Program-made: the position numbers and the translations under genes | In this document: positions 10,801 to 24,771 of the stretch, piece after piece | Layout of the letters: each line of letters begins with the position of its first letter | Numbering within the stretch: position 1 is the first letter of the stretch | Notes under the pieces: generated by a model | The model's input: only the letters and a program-made list of their open reading frames with translations | Told to the model about the DNA's origin: nothing | The model's database searches: none | DNA from: Ptychomitrium polyphyllum | Lineage: Eukaryota | DNA length: 64,000 nucleotides | NCBI GenBank assembly: GCA_973851085.1 | Contig: OZ316776.1 | Location: 682,001-746,000 of the forward strand | Reading direction: 5' to 3'

Positions 10801-13800
10801 ACTTGTATTACTTTGTTGGTAGCACAGTCAAGCATTTACCTGATGATTACCAGGTCCTCACCGTACCTTTTTGCATGATAGGTACGACATCAATTATATA
10901 GAAGAAAGCATGGGTTGGAGCCGTCCTTTGCATGGGATAGTGGGTTCGCATGACATACCAAGCTCTGGCTCTATGACAACACAGGGGGACATGAACAAGG
11001 GAATGTCCATGGATTCTTCACCGGCTTCTTCTGGTATGTTGAGAAAAAAGAATCAGCAACTCTAAAATGTGATATTGTGACAAGTTTTTGAAATCACCTA
11101 GTCGTACATTAGGTAGCCGTTCCGTTAGTGGGCACCTTCTGTTATCACGCAATTTTACATGAGAAGTCTGAGAGGTTATATGCACTGGTAAATCTTGTAA
11201 GGCTTGTCATTTCATTAGCAGTTTCGAATTGGGCCAAACGTTGAGCTGATGGAACTGGGAAATTCTTCGCATATTTTCTTTTCATAGGCCGGATATACAA
11301 GACACTGTAGTGTCGGTGTGTAAGTAAAGGTAGGAAACTTGAAAGTTTGCCACTCGACCAGAGTGAACATGATTAAAGACAAAGAGTTTGCTCCCGGAGC
11401 AATTCTAATAAACTTTCTATTTTGAGACATTGGGAGTCTGATCATGACTTCGTCTTTCAAGGCTCTCTGTGATAGGAAGGATAGGAAGTGTTAGTGCAAG
11501 ATTATGAGAACACTTCATGATACTTAAGTCAACTGATACCTCCAATCTTCTTCTTTAAGTATGTCCACGTTAAGGATCTGAAAGTGATCTTCCATCATTG
11601 TTCATAAAGCAGGAAATTGTAGATGCAGGTGCCTACCAAGAATGAAATCTACTTTTACTTGGCACTTCCCTAGACCCGGCCCCTAATCTAGCAACCCAGG
11701 AGCACATGTTTTACAGCAAGTCTCATATCATCCGTCACTTTCTTCATTGCTGCTATGCAATTGGTTTGTTTAGATATACGACAAACGATCTAGCTATGTT
11801 TGTGGAAGTTAAATATGCTGTATTTAAAACCTTGATTACAGGATTCTAAATTCAGTTCAATTTTTTCTGAACAAAGTATTTGCAATTCATCGACTACTCA
11901 CAAAATAAGGGTGTTCTTACCGAAGGTCTAGCATGTTAGTAATGGGAGTGAGCACTATCTTCAAATGGTTAAGTGGTACTTAAGGTAGTTTAGTGTAGCG
12001 TGCATCATGAAACGCATGTATGGTAGACTGTGTTCTACGACATGATTCTTGTGACATTTCTATTCAATCATTTCTTCTTCTGATTAGACATCCATCATGA
12101 GAGAAGCTTGTATGGAAAATTCAAATAAATGTTGGGGGTGTATTCAGGTCTACATGCATTGGAATCATATTCTGGCCATCGCAGCACCATATTTGCTATG
12201 TCCTATGGTATGTTTTTATTTTTTAGTTTCAATGGTAGCAAGATCAAAACTTAGTTTTTAGTTCAGTGCATGTTCATTTACACACTTAAACAAGTGATTT
12301 TTTCCTTCAGGATGGCCCGTCATTTACTTTATAGCAACCATGAGTGCTGTTGGTATATCAATCCAGTTTTTTTAATCAACACATGCATCAATTTTCTGTC
12401 AAATTCCTTACAGAGCAGAATGGGGTTTTGTGTGTTAGATGATAAACGCAATCAGCTAATTAGTGGTGGCAAGGATGGTACACTGATTGTGTGGACAGCG
12501 GATGGACAGGTGATCTTGATCTTATTTTACAAAGTGCTATAGCGTGATCTTACTAACAATGCTCCATCTTACTAATTTACGTACTAACCATGTTTTCCTT
12601 TAGTTATTGGTCACGTTGCGACAACAAGTCTGAAGCTATGAAAGAGTCTCTTCGCTGGAAACAAATTTGAGTATCTATCTTATACTGTTCAGTTGCTTAT
12701 TTTTGGGGTTATGCAGGTTTCTGAAACGGTGGATATGGGCCGTCATTATGCATGTTCTATGGATATCCACTCTTCTTATCAGACATTGCTAGTCTGCGGT
12801 GTAGCAAAGGTTAGTTGTAAGTTGCTGGTCCGTTGTGATTTTGTAGCAGTTTGGTTTTAATTTCCTTTTGAATATTTTCCGGGAGACTTCCTTTATGTAG
12901 CTCGTCATTTCTTAGGAATGCCTTTTGACAAATTTATTTATGTATTAATGACCATCAATGTATTCGCCATAGTTTAGCATTACGTCAAAACCGTTTTAAA
13001 TATATAGCTGAATTAGGTGCGTTAGCCAAAACTAATCGCATCAGTATGTTGAAGTCGTTTTGCTTGGAATGTGTCCAGGAGGAAAATAATGGATCAGGTA
13101 ACAACCGGATGTTGCCACCACCTTGCATTCATCGGTATGCGGCAATAGGTCGTGGTTGGAAGGAGCAGGGAATGCTATCAAAGGACTCTTCAAAATTGGT
13201 ATCTTGTATCAAGGTAGAAGTTTTACCTATCAAACCTCCATTTCAAAGAATATTTGCATGACTTCGCTTAGCATGACAGCTGTGGGTTACATTTTCGTAA
13301 GCAGGTTTTTGGTATCCTCTTAATTGTTATATTATGATTTTCACTTTCTGTGGCCTGTATTGCTTCAAAGATTTCGTTGCAAGCTGAACCTTTTGTACTC
13401 ACTTTTACTCCAGGCTATGGGAGGTACAGAACATGCTTTTGTCACTGGCGAAACGTTTCATACTTCATCTCATGAAGGGTAAGTCCTATTCTGGGCTGGT
13501 AGGATCTGGTTTGTTTGTTTCACAACATTGTCTTATTGCAGAATCTTAACTTTGATGTCTGGTGAACTTGCAGAGGTGGATTGAGGCTTGATGAGCGTGT
13601 GTGTTACTACGACATCAATGCTAGTTCCTCGTTTGGCAATTTAATACCAGTTCGGCAATACACAGAACATGAGGTAAACTTTACGTACACGCTCTATGTT
13701 GCTAATTTTATTACTGCGGTCTGTGATGATCTGCTATCACATGTTGAATACATCACTGCAGTATGTGTGGCTGAGCGGCTCAAATCTTGATGAACGCACT

Positions 13801-14712
13801 GAAAGCTTTGCTGTTGTTTTTGCAGGATTTGATTACATGCGTGTCAATGTTTCCACCGAATCACAACCTCTTCATGTCAGGCTCTAGAGATTCCTCTGTC
13901 CGTGTTTGGGATCGACGTGCAGAACGCTGTGTTGGTGAGCACTGAGTAATCTCGTTGGTATAGATGACGATGTTTGCAGTTGATATGTTCTATTGGCCTC
14001 ATCTTTGCAGTCTGTCATTAATACGCAGTGCAGAAATTAAAATGCTCTCCACTTGTAATTTTGCACAGGCATGTTTGGAAGTATACAAAAGAGTGGACGG
14101 GTGCAGGCTCACGATTCAATGATAACATGTCTAGACGCAATTGATACCAACCTTATACTCTCGGCTGGAATGGATACTCGAGTATTAAGATGGGATTTTC
14201 GATCATTGGCCAACTCAGTAAGCAATGTCATCCCCTTATGCGATACTTATCGTCTGTGTTCTGTGCATGAGGTGGTTTTATTGTGTAACCTCCGTCCATC
14301 TGTTTGCGATTTTCACTCTGCCTAATATTCATGCTTACAGTTTATGGACATATTTCTAAATACCATGTCGTTATTTTAATTCAGCAGATATATGTTTTGT
14401 CCCAAATATTCTCAAATTAAGAGTAAGATTCTTTTGCAGGGAGGTAGTGCACCAGTGTCGACACTTCAGCTTGATGACAGCGCAGTGTTGAAGGTGTCGT
14501 TGGGAGGTGGGTCAACTTCAGTTGCCGTTAGTACTTTGCGAGGGCTTTACTTTGTGGACTTCGCCAGTGCCAGGCCGGTGGCACGGCCAGCTGAGCCATT
14601 CAAAGATGGTCGACGCATTGGGCGATATCACGACTTAAAATGGGCTAATGGCAGAAGTCTCTTATATGCCGCTGGCGATGATATGCGGATTGATGTGTAC
14701 TCTCTGCGTTAA
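7851..14712 (+). CDS. N-terminal helical (MIF4G/HEAT-like) domain plus C-terminal WD40 repeat protein, about 17 exons
   Basis: Exons approx. 7851-7924, 8850-8991, 9345-9445, 9803-9851, 10058-10169, 10285-10382, 10546-10622, 10882-11033, 12149-12207, 12439-12509, 12717-12809, 13079-13212, 13414-13478, 13574-13672, 13827-13934, 14069-14217, 14440-14712. WD signatures GHRSTIFAMSY..LISGGKDGTLIVW, FMSGSRDSSVRVWD and AHDSMITCL..LSAGMDTRVLRWD. Confidence 0.85.
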
Positions 14713-16199
14713 GACAACAATCGCATTGGATCTCATTAGACTAATTTAAAATCTGTTTTTCTCTACAATTTTCTCTTGTAACTAGAGCCTGCTCGGCTAG
14801 TCTTGAATTCAGCTTTTGGCTCACGTGCTTGCATGCGTCAGTCCTGATGATTGCACCTTCGTTTTTGCTGGACAATCTCCAAGCCAGGCCTTGCAATGGA
14901 TTTGCAGACAAAGAGTCAAACATCCTGTTTCAACCGTTGTGATTACTCTGAAGTAGGCATAGTTTCTATGAGCAAAACCTCCTAACACATGGCGAGTCGC
15001 TACTAGCTCCAGTGAAGAACTCGCACATCTGCAATGTGAGGCTGATGATTTTGATGATGGAAACTCTCCACCTGAGCAATCGCCCAAAATCTTCAGAACA
15101 TTGCGTTTCTACCCTCTTTGTGGAACGATCAACCCTTTTAACCCTTATGTTGGGATTGTAAAATATATTTTTGAATTGTTTGGTATGTACATTGAAGCTG
15201 TGTTTTGTCTATTGAACTACAAATTTAAGTTTACACCCTTCTAATATACAAGGGTATTTATTTGAGTTTTCTTAAGAACAAAACTATGTACATTAGATAC
15301 CATTCCTTGTGTTAATTAAAAGCCCATTTCTGAGTTTCGGCTAATTTAGTTTAATACTATAATTAATTTAAAAACATGTCATTTTACAACTACATTCTAT
15401 AGATGAGACTAAAAGGATTAACTTAGGACCATATTTCTTGTTCATATAACATTATAGGATTTTACCATTTAAAAAATGGTATTTAATATCATATGGTATT
15501 TTGTGTTGTATGATAAATTTCTTTATATCTAAAATTACATATAAATTGTTAGAAATTACCTTATTGCTTCCATTATTGTCTTTTGAGAATTTAATGTTAG
15601 TGATCTTGGTTCAATATGCAACACTTTAAGTAGGTTTTTAGAATGGGTAGTACTAAATATTATATTTAATACAATTTTCCTCTTTAAATGACAATTTCTT
15701 ACATTAGTGTGCACATTCATAAACATGTATAAGAAATTTAAAACTTGTCGCACCCTAAATAGGTGAAGTTTGATCCAAGCTCAAGTTTAATGCACAATTA
15801 CTACAAACATTTAGATTTTATATTCTCATTATTTTACCAAATGTAGGTCTGCCTTTGAAGTTGGATTGCCAACACTTTTTAGAAAGCTCATGTATGTATA
15901 GAATACCATCAATGTTTTGCATGTCATTGCATAATTATAAATACCAATAACTTTCATGAACAAAACTTTTCTTACAAACCTCGTGTTATAAGCTTCCTCC
16001 ACTTCTGGTGCCCTGAAGATTAATGCAAATAGTGTACCAGTGTGCTCTTGCATGCGAACGAATATGAAAACACCATTTCGATGCATAAAAAAAGACTTCG
16101 GACATGAGTTTGCTACGATTTCAAGTTTAAAATTCATATTCAAGAGAATCTACTGTACTGTACAATCACAGCTTTCGAGTCTTTCACGTCTGTGAAACA

Positions 16200-19100
16200 C
16201 TAAGGTTTGTTCCGAGCTTGGAAGTAAGTACCAATGTTTGGTTGCTTGGGTTCAGAGACATTGGGCTGCTCTCTTACACGCTTACTGGAACCAACTCGCT
16301 GACCCTGCTTCCGGCCCCTTTTCGTAGATTGCAATGATGAAACAGCACTTTGACTATGTCTAGACCGATATATTCCCTCTAAAATGTGCTGCTGCTCGTC
16401 AATGTCAACCGTCTCCAGATCGATACCTCCATCAAGCCCCTCAGATGGGTCAGGCGGTCTAGGGCCATCCTCCACTGTATCTACGTGCAACTGAGAGGCC
16501 TCATTTGTTGGAGGCGTTGAATTCCTGTCGAATGTCACAAACTCCTGCTCATTTGCATTTGAAAGCGAGCTTGTATTCGACCCTAGGTACTTGAGAATAC
16601 CTTTGGGCTTCTCTGCAGGTTGGCTGGGTGGAGAGGCTGCTGATGAAGAAATGATGATGTCCCTTCTGTGGACTGCCACTAACTTCTCATCGTGTGCATC
16701 TGTAGGCAAGAGTGAGCTAGAACCGAGATATTTAAGAATACCTTTGGGTTTTTCTGCAATGCGTTTGGATGGAGATATTGGTTCTGGAGAAACGTTAACA
16801 TTTAGGCGAGGTGCTGTAGAACCAGAATGTTCGGGTGCACTTGAGCACCCAGTTTTAATCGTAAAAAAATGCTGTATCGACTTAGTTCCCTGCTAAAACA
16901 AGGATCAACGTTTTAGCTAGCGAGATTTGTATGTTAATGTCTACTATGCCTTACTATTGGCTGCTAATTTTGACGACAATTCTGTATAGACTGATAAAGT
17001 AATAGGGAAATGTAACTAAAAAGCTGCTGTAAGAAATAAAGTTGCTGTCTCAGGATGGACCACGCTGGCAAGAATTAAACAACGAACGAGATGATATGGA
17101 ATGCAGTACAAACCTGGCTGGGAAGCTCCTGAAAACCGGTCGCAGCTATGGCAAGTCGTGTACACGGGAACAGTCCATCGACAGACTCAAGTACTCGAAG
17201 AGATGTGTCTTCAAGAACCTTAGCCAACGCCTTTGTCCTCTCTGTAATACCGTCCTGTACACCACCGTCGAATACGTCCTCCGCCGAAAAGTTACCTCTC
17301 AGGTCGCTCAGGTCACTATGGACCTCGACATCTCCATCTTTACCCTCTGTTGATAATTCTACTTCGGACCTACGTTCTGCTTCAATACTATTCACATCCC
17401 CGTCTGTGTCAGAGTAGGCAGGTGATGAAAGAATCTGTAAAGCACTTGGAGGCATAGCCGCTGATCTGGAATGATCGGCCGAATTCTTAAACTTTCCAGA
17501 CCGGTAGTAAAGCTGAAATAACTTAGGTTGCCTCCGGTTCATTTCAAAATCACGACGCATCCTTATTGCAAGTTCTTGGGCTAGTACCGACAGCCATTTC
17601 CTGATACAATTGGAAACAGTTCCTGGTAAGCGCAAACTCTTGGCATGCTTGTAGGAACTCAGATCGTGACATGTATTTACACTTCCAAGAATAAGAGCGA
17701 AGGATATGGAAAGATAACCGAAAGATGATGATTATTTAGCTGACTGTAAGAGATATTTACAACCGCGTCGGCATGAATAAATTATGAACGCAACTTGGGC
17801 CTGTCCACATTTGTACCTGATATCGGCGGGGTCGTTTGTGGCTCCAAAGCTTTTAGACGCCAGCATGGACTTCACCAAATCCTTCACTTGCACTGGAACA
17901 AAGGCATTGTCAAGTTAATGGGACTGATATTCCAAAAACGTATAAGTCAAATACTTCACATGTTTAACAAACTTAATATTTTTTAACCTGGTCGTAGCAC
18001 TACTATTGAGAATCCAACGACTATTCTAACCTTTTTCAGCTTTAAGTCCCTGCACCGCTTTCCAGGCGTAAGTTCCAAGACGATCGCCGAAACAAGCCAG
18101 AAGTGCTGCTTGCGGGATCTGCTGAGCTTCGCCTGCTGTTGCGCAGCCCCACCTCTTCTTCATCTCCTGCAAGACTCCCATATTCTTCGATTCAGGACAT
18201 CGACGCAAAATTTTTAACCCTAAATCTCTGAATCCGACTACATATCCATATGAAACGTTTCTGCTACGGTACGAGAACCCAGTGATGGAAATGTCTCCAG
18301 GTTAGGATGTGAAAGATCAAGCATCATCAATGCTACATTTACTAAATATGCTCAGCGACGTGAATGCAAAAAGAAGCATGATACCTCACCAAGCTTGCCA
18401 CCCAGGAGTTTAATCTTCTTCAAAGGAAGATCCTTCATCAGACCTGGAACGGACCTCGGAGGAATCTGCACTACAATGCTCCATATTCAGCCAGAAATCT
18501 CATGCAAATTAATAGACTCGTCTCATTGTAAATCCTGCAATTAGGCTATGTAGGTCTGTTAAATGAAACTCTAGTTTCAAAGCCTACCATAATCGTACAA
18601 GTAGAATGGGATAACGAGGACCCACCAGGGTTTGCCGATCTGGTTTGTTTTTGGCAGAAGCAATCTTCGCCAGCAGTTTATTTGATGCAATGCCCTTTTC
18701 ACAGCCATAAAATGACAGATGAGCATTAAAAACAGGAAAGCAGAATAACAATTTACTGGGGCGCCAATTCAGTCCCTTGTTACTGTTTTTTTGTTTCGCA
18801 GAGTTATGAAAGCCACGTAAAATAGAAATCATACAAAGATACGATCGATCACATTTCTTCCCGTCCAGCCAACGAAGATGAATCAAAATCATGCACACGA
18901 CTAATAAGGCAGCATACGACATCCTAGCAAACCACAGAACTGAACACGTGCAACAACTATTCCAAACGTAAAATTACCACGGAGATTGTGTAACCAAGCT
19001 CGTTTCGAACAGACGCTCGCATCTGGTCGGCAATTATGGCACCTGCTAATAATCTGTTCTATCCAAGCACACGTTGACCTTATTAGTTGTACACACCTTG

Positions 19101-20715
19101 AAGCCTTGGCGGTTCAATAAGACTACAGGTAATTAGACTGGCAAAAGTCATACCTGCGGTCATAAGCATTGTAAACAGCCAAGGAACCACCTTCAATCAA
19201 CATGACAGGAACACCTTTTGAAGTATTATCAGACCCGGCAGGTTCAAGAAGTCGATACAACTCGTTTTCCCAATCGATGGCTTTCTCTAACATTTCTTCA
19301 ACCTGCCAATGGGTCCCCGCCAATGCTGCATATTAGATAATTGATTATGATCCATCCAAGGTCCAAGATCAGTATGTGTACTCTCAACATATTGGATTGC
19401 CACAAATGCAATTCACATGTCACCATTCACCTGCTCCGAAACATCAAGGTATGCTTCGTCAATACTTGCTCGCTCACATAGCTTGGAATACCGTCGGAAG
19501 ATGTTTAACACTTTAGCGGATGCCTGCACATTGTAATCAGAAATGGTGATGAGATATGTTCTTTTCAGCTACTAGAGCTCGATACATGCAGATATCAGAG
19601 CAAGATTAACGATTGCAAGCATTCACTGGTTGGGAAAGATTGTTACTGCCTCCTGGCACAGAAAAAAAGAATAATCTCAGTAGAACATCTTAAGTAGGCC
19701 TCTACATTAAAGTAAAGGATGCCCTACCTGCCGGTACCGCTCAAGCGATGCTTTTGCTTTACCATGAGGGCCAATTGATTCTGGAGTGCCAGGCTTATCC
19801 CCACCAATGGTCTCCACATGTACCAAGTGCAAATCTGGACACTGTCATCCATAATGGCAACGAACATCTCAGCAGACGAGAACCATGTGCAACAACTGAT
19901 CAAAAACGTTCCTACTGCTGATATTTCCTAACACGCCGAATTCCGAAGCCCATTCGACTATTATACCCCAAGACATGTAAGATTACAATTCCCCGTTCCA
20001 CCTTTTCCTTGGAAAAGTTGTCTTAGTAAATTCACAGAGCAAGTTTACATACAGGATAGAGTATGTTTCAATAATTCAGTTGTCTTTGAATTAGGATTTT
20101 GATTTGAGTTTTTATTTGAACTATCAACATTGAATAACAGATGAAGACACCAACAGATCCTCTAGTTCTGCAGTGAAATCAGGCCCGAATGGTGTCGTAC
20201 TGCCAGATAAACAGACAACATACGAAATTTTTTAGACCTTTTCAATGAACACTACAAGAATTCGAGAAGCCTCGTGTTAGGAAAGCTAAGACCGACGAAG
20301 GGAACTACTAACCTTGCGAATAGCCTCCGACACTCGCTCATGCCGAACAATGCCTGCCGCTCTAGCTGCATAATTCACAGCAATCAATCCATCCCACTGC
20401 TGCACAGCAAGCGGCTGCTCCGTAGGAATGCCCAACCTCACTTGCTCCACCTGCACCCCACACCCATATCACCCCAAAAATTTACACTCCAACCAGACAT
20501 GTAAACCACAACATCACACATTCGATCAGAAAAAAAAGTGCTCCCTCACAATGAACTAACTGCAAAACACACATACGGCCTCAACCCTAGTATTCTGCGA
20601 TAAGGGTTTTGCAACCCGATGAAGAAGAAAGTGATAGAGAAACGAGAAGAACCGCGGCGTAGAAGCAGTCGAGGTCGGCGTGCAGCACCACTGACGTATG
20701 ACCCTCCTCGTCCAT
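16200..20715 (-). CDS. POLH: Y-family translesion DNA polymerase eta-like, about 12 exons
   Basis: Motif I LHADLDCFYAAVE, IAVNYAAR, catalytic RASIDEAYLD, GIASNKLLAKIAS..NKP..QT, HhH LLGGKLG, little finger KSMLASKSF, and a C-terminal PIP box QPNIGTYF. Exons join in frame at GT-AG sites. Confidence 0.92.
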
Positions 20716-22274
20716 GGAGCTGCCCCCACTATTCCTCAGAACTCTAGGCTCTTGAAAGCAAACCGCATCCCTCGGCGGACCTGAGCAATGGCCACACCGA
20801 CACGATACCTTGCCAACGCTGTGCGAGAGCTTGAAAATTTGAAAATTTGAAAAACATGTAAACGGTCGGTCTCCTCGGGTGGGGTGCCGCCCCTGTCGCA
20901 ATGCTCTCTGGGCCGCATATCTGCTCACCCTCTTGAAGGAGGACGCTGCTGCACGCGGTGCTGCACTCCGCGGAGATACGACTGCTTATTTTGTGCTTTA
21001 AGTGGCACCTGCACGCGGTGGTTTACAAATGCTACGCCTTTCTCGACAAGAGGAACATTCTCACCCACTGTGTCTATGAAGAGGCTTCCAGTGTGAGTGG
21101 TTTGGGTATCCTTCCTTTTGGTAAATATGTTTCTGCTCTTGTAAAAACTTTGTGAGATTCAGTGGTAAGTTGGAATACGTTTGGTTAGCAGGAAAACGTA
21201 GTGCAGTAGCAATCTAGAGTGGCACCGCTTTTGGAAAAGGATAAACAAGTGTATTAGAGTTTGGAGGTGCCTATAGTTTGAACAGCTAGATGGAACATCC
21301 TTTTTCTCAACGAGACTTGGTGGATATGGGATTCTGAACTCTATGGATATCGATTTTTTGTAATGTTAAAGTTTTTTTTAAATAATAGAGGTGTTTCCAT
21401 CCTACACCACAGTTGCTGCAGTGTCCCTATTGCACCAGTTCTAGCTGTATAAGGCTGTTTTTGGACCTTTATACCAGTTGGTTGTCTTACATGTTTTGAG
21501 AGGTATGAGACCCCCATTCATGCATCCCATCCATTCAACTGAAGCTCGGGAGCCAGAAGGACCAGGGGGTGCAAAAGTGTGGCTTTCGCAGCGTTCGCGC
21601 ACACGTTTCGAAGGTTTCTTCCGAGCTTTGCAGCCTCCGTCGCTAACAAAGGTGCAGCTCCGCTCATTCTACAGGAACCAGTGTCCCGTTCTGCACCTGG
21701 ATCTTCACCCACACTAAAGGTATCCTCTAATATAACTCCCGCTTTTCCTGTATCTATCTCTGGCACAAGCAGTATTGGGGGAGAGATTGTGGGAACTTTG
21801 GGCACAAGGGCGAATTAAGGGGTTGATTTGGGGGAGCTTGGGGTCCAAAGATCGAGCTCTAACTATGCCCATCATTGCGGAAGCTTCTCATTGTTACAAA
21901 AAACACAGTTCAAAACTCAATTTTGCTCTTTCTGTGGAAGAGATGCGTTTTGCAAACCTTTCCTCTTTTGGGTTCTCATTAACGAATAACTCCAGTGACT
22001 GTTTTTCCTTTCAAGATCCAGCTCTGCTCTGCCAGTCCTTACAATCTGCGCATCGCGACGTGGACTCGCCAACGACGCACGATTACCGATCGTCAGTCTG
22101 CGACGGCAAGGTTTAAGTTCTGTTGTCCTTTGCTGTCGAGACTCTTCGCGAAGTTTCGAGTTTTGGGACGAGTACGAAGATTATTGAGGTTTTGGGAGGT
22201 TTTCCGGAGGTTCTGGAGAGGTTTCGGAGAGTTTTGGGAGATTTTGGGATTTGCGGGAGAGGGGTGCGCTCGCA

Positions 22275-24771
22275 ATGGCGGCCGTGCGCGATGTGGCTTT
22301 GAAGATGAGCATGAGTGCGCTGCAGAGGAATGTCATTCCGGATGTGTTGTTGAGATGGGGCGTGAGGAAGCTGCTGGAGGGGCGCTTGAGGGAGATTACC
22401 AGGCCGACGTTGGAAGCACAGATGCAGGAGCTTCTTGCTTTCGTGCAATGTACATTGGGCTCTCGCTTTCTTTTGGGGTTAGGGAGTCTTGGTTTTTAAG
22501 TGTTAAGAACGCAGTTGTTGTCGGTGACGTTGTAGAATTTTGCGAGGTTTCATATGCTCTGTCGCTCTTTACCTTCGAGACTGAACCTAGAGATTCTTCT
22601 TTGTAGTTGAGGATGTAGCACTGGATTACTCTGGATTCTCGTTCCTCCGTTAGTCAGTTGAATAGTGTCGCATCAGCGAGTTAGCTGTTCTGTGGAAATT
22701 CGTGTTTCCTCTCATGAACTTTCGGCCGCGTGCTTAGAGGTTGGGCTACTTACGTTCGATTCTGGAGCCTGAGGGAGAAGAGAATGGGGGCTAATTGCTA
22801 CATTCGTAGTCTATGTTCAAGTCTATTAATCCTCCAACGTCACAGAGGGAAGCTTTGCTAATTTTTCTTACTTTTCATTTAATGGCAGCATTAAAGCAGA
22901 TGCAGATTGCGGTGAACACAGAGGACGCAAACGCACAGCATTACGAAGTTCCCACAGAGTTCTACCAGTTAGTTTTAGGAAAACGCCTGAAGTACAGGTC
23001 CGCCCCACCTCTTGCTTCATCTTCTCTAGAAATATCTGTTTGCATTGTTGGATATGCTGGATGCGGGCGACCATTAAACAGGTGTTTTTGTTTTGAATGT
23101 TTGCAGCTCTGCCTACTTTCCAAAGAAAGACTCCTCTCTCGATGAAGCCGAGGAGACCATGTTTGCGCTTTATGCTGAGAGAGCCCAACTAGAGGATGGA
23201 CAGTCCGTTTTGGACGTTGGTTGTGGCTGGGGCTCACTCTCTATGTATATTGCCGAAAATTATCCTAACAGCAAGGTTACAGGGGTCTCTAACTCTGAGA
23301 CTCAGAAAGCTTTTATTACTGAAGAATGCAGGTATCAACATGCCTCTACTCGTCAAGTTATCTGTCATTTCTATAAGTTTGTAGCAAAACTGAGTACGTG
23401 CCTATTGATCGGTACTTAGAAGGGACATCGTGAAAGTCAATTTTGAATAAACAGAGATTAATGGAACAGCTTATCAAAACTGAACGTCTGTTACTGCAGC
23501 AAGCGAGGTCTATCAAATGTTACAATCATCACATGTGACATAAACGTTTTCAGTATTGAGGGCACATTCGACCGTATTCTGTCAATTGAAATGTTTGAGG
23601 TGGGGCTTCTGTCAGTCTGCTTCCTTATTCTCTCACAATCTGCCGAATTATTCTTGGAGATTGTTTTTTGAATCCTTGATGCAGATGAGATTAGCTGACG
23701 CAATGCAGTATTGTTTCTTCCTACGGGTTTGGGTTTGGGATTTGCCTTCTGCAGCATATGAAGAACTACGAGAAGCTTTTGAAAAAGATATCTTCATGGT
23801 TGAAACCTGATGGCCTTCTCTTTGTACATATCTTTGTGCATAAATCTATTCCCTACCATTTTGAGGTATGTATTGGAGAATGCTTTTTATGACGAATCTA
23901 TTTCCCCGCCTTGTTTTGCTGGATGAAAGCGCCAGGGGCGAGACGGAACTAACATTGTCTTAACACCAACAGGATCAAGGAGAAGATGACTGGATGAGCC
24001 GAAACTTTTTCACGGGAGGAACCATGCCTTCCAGCTCTCTTCTGCTGTATTTTCAGGTTGCGGACCTCACTGTAGACTTTCTATGGAATCATTGTTTCGT
24101 ATAGAAATCTGAAAAACATTGAAAAGTCTTTCGCAGTAATGATCGAAATTGCGGAACTCATTTCTGTAGCGATGAGTTTTTCGTGGAGGAGAACAGTACA
24201 GACTCAATTTTGCAAGTGTTCAAGACAAAACCCTCATGTGTTCGATTTGTATTTTTATAATTGGAGTGCTCTCTTGTTTCCAGGATGATGTATCAATTGT
24301 GAATCAATGGTTTGTAAATGGAACGCATTACGCCCGCACCAGGTATCAGAGACGTCATTCTCAAGTAGCTTCTGTTGCATGGCTGTTCAGAATGTGACTG
24401 TTCGTGTTATATTCTTCGCCAAGGATCTCAATGACTCAGAAATTGCGTCAATGATGACGCAATCTTACAACCGCCTCACTTTTGGCAAAAGTTGGTTGTG
24501 TACGTGATTCTCTCTTATCTGCCAGCTGCATTTGACACCTTATCAACCAGCTGACAATGTTTGAATCGTTCTTTGCAGTGAGGGATGGTTGGTGAAGATG
24601 GACGCTCAAATCGAAGTCATTAGACCTATTTTTGCAAAAACATACGGTGAAGCTGAAGTCACCAAATGGGTTGCCAACTGGCGTACGTTCTTCATAGCTG
24701 TTGCGGAGATGTTTGCGTACAGAAACGGTGAAGAATGGGGAGTGGGACACTACCTTTTCAAAAAGAAATGA
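22275..24771 (+). CDS. (S)-coclaurine N-methyltransferase-like / cyclopropane-fatty-acyl synthase family SAM methyltransferase, 9 exons
   Basis: ANAQHYEVP, LGKRLKYSSAYF, VLDVGCGWGSL, FDRILSIEMFEHMKNY, FFTGGTMPS and EEWGVGHYLF. Exons approx. 22275-22449, 22889-22997, 23107-23331, 23500-23599, 23754-23865, 23973-24056, 24284-24342, 24579-24771 (exact count uncertain by one). Confidence 0.92.
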
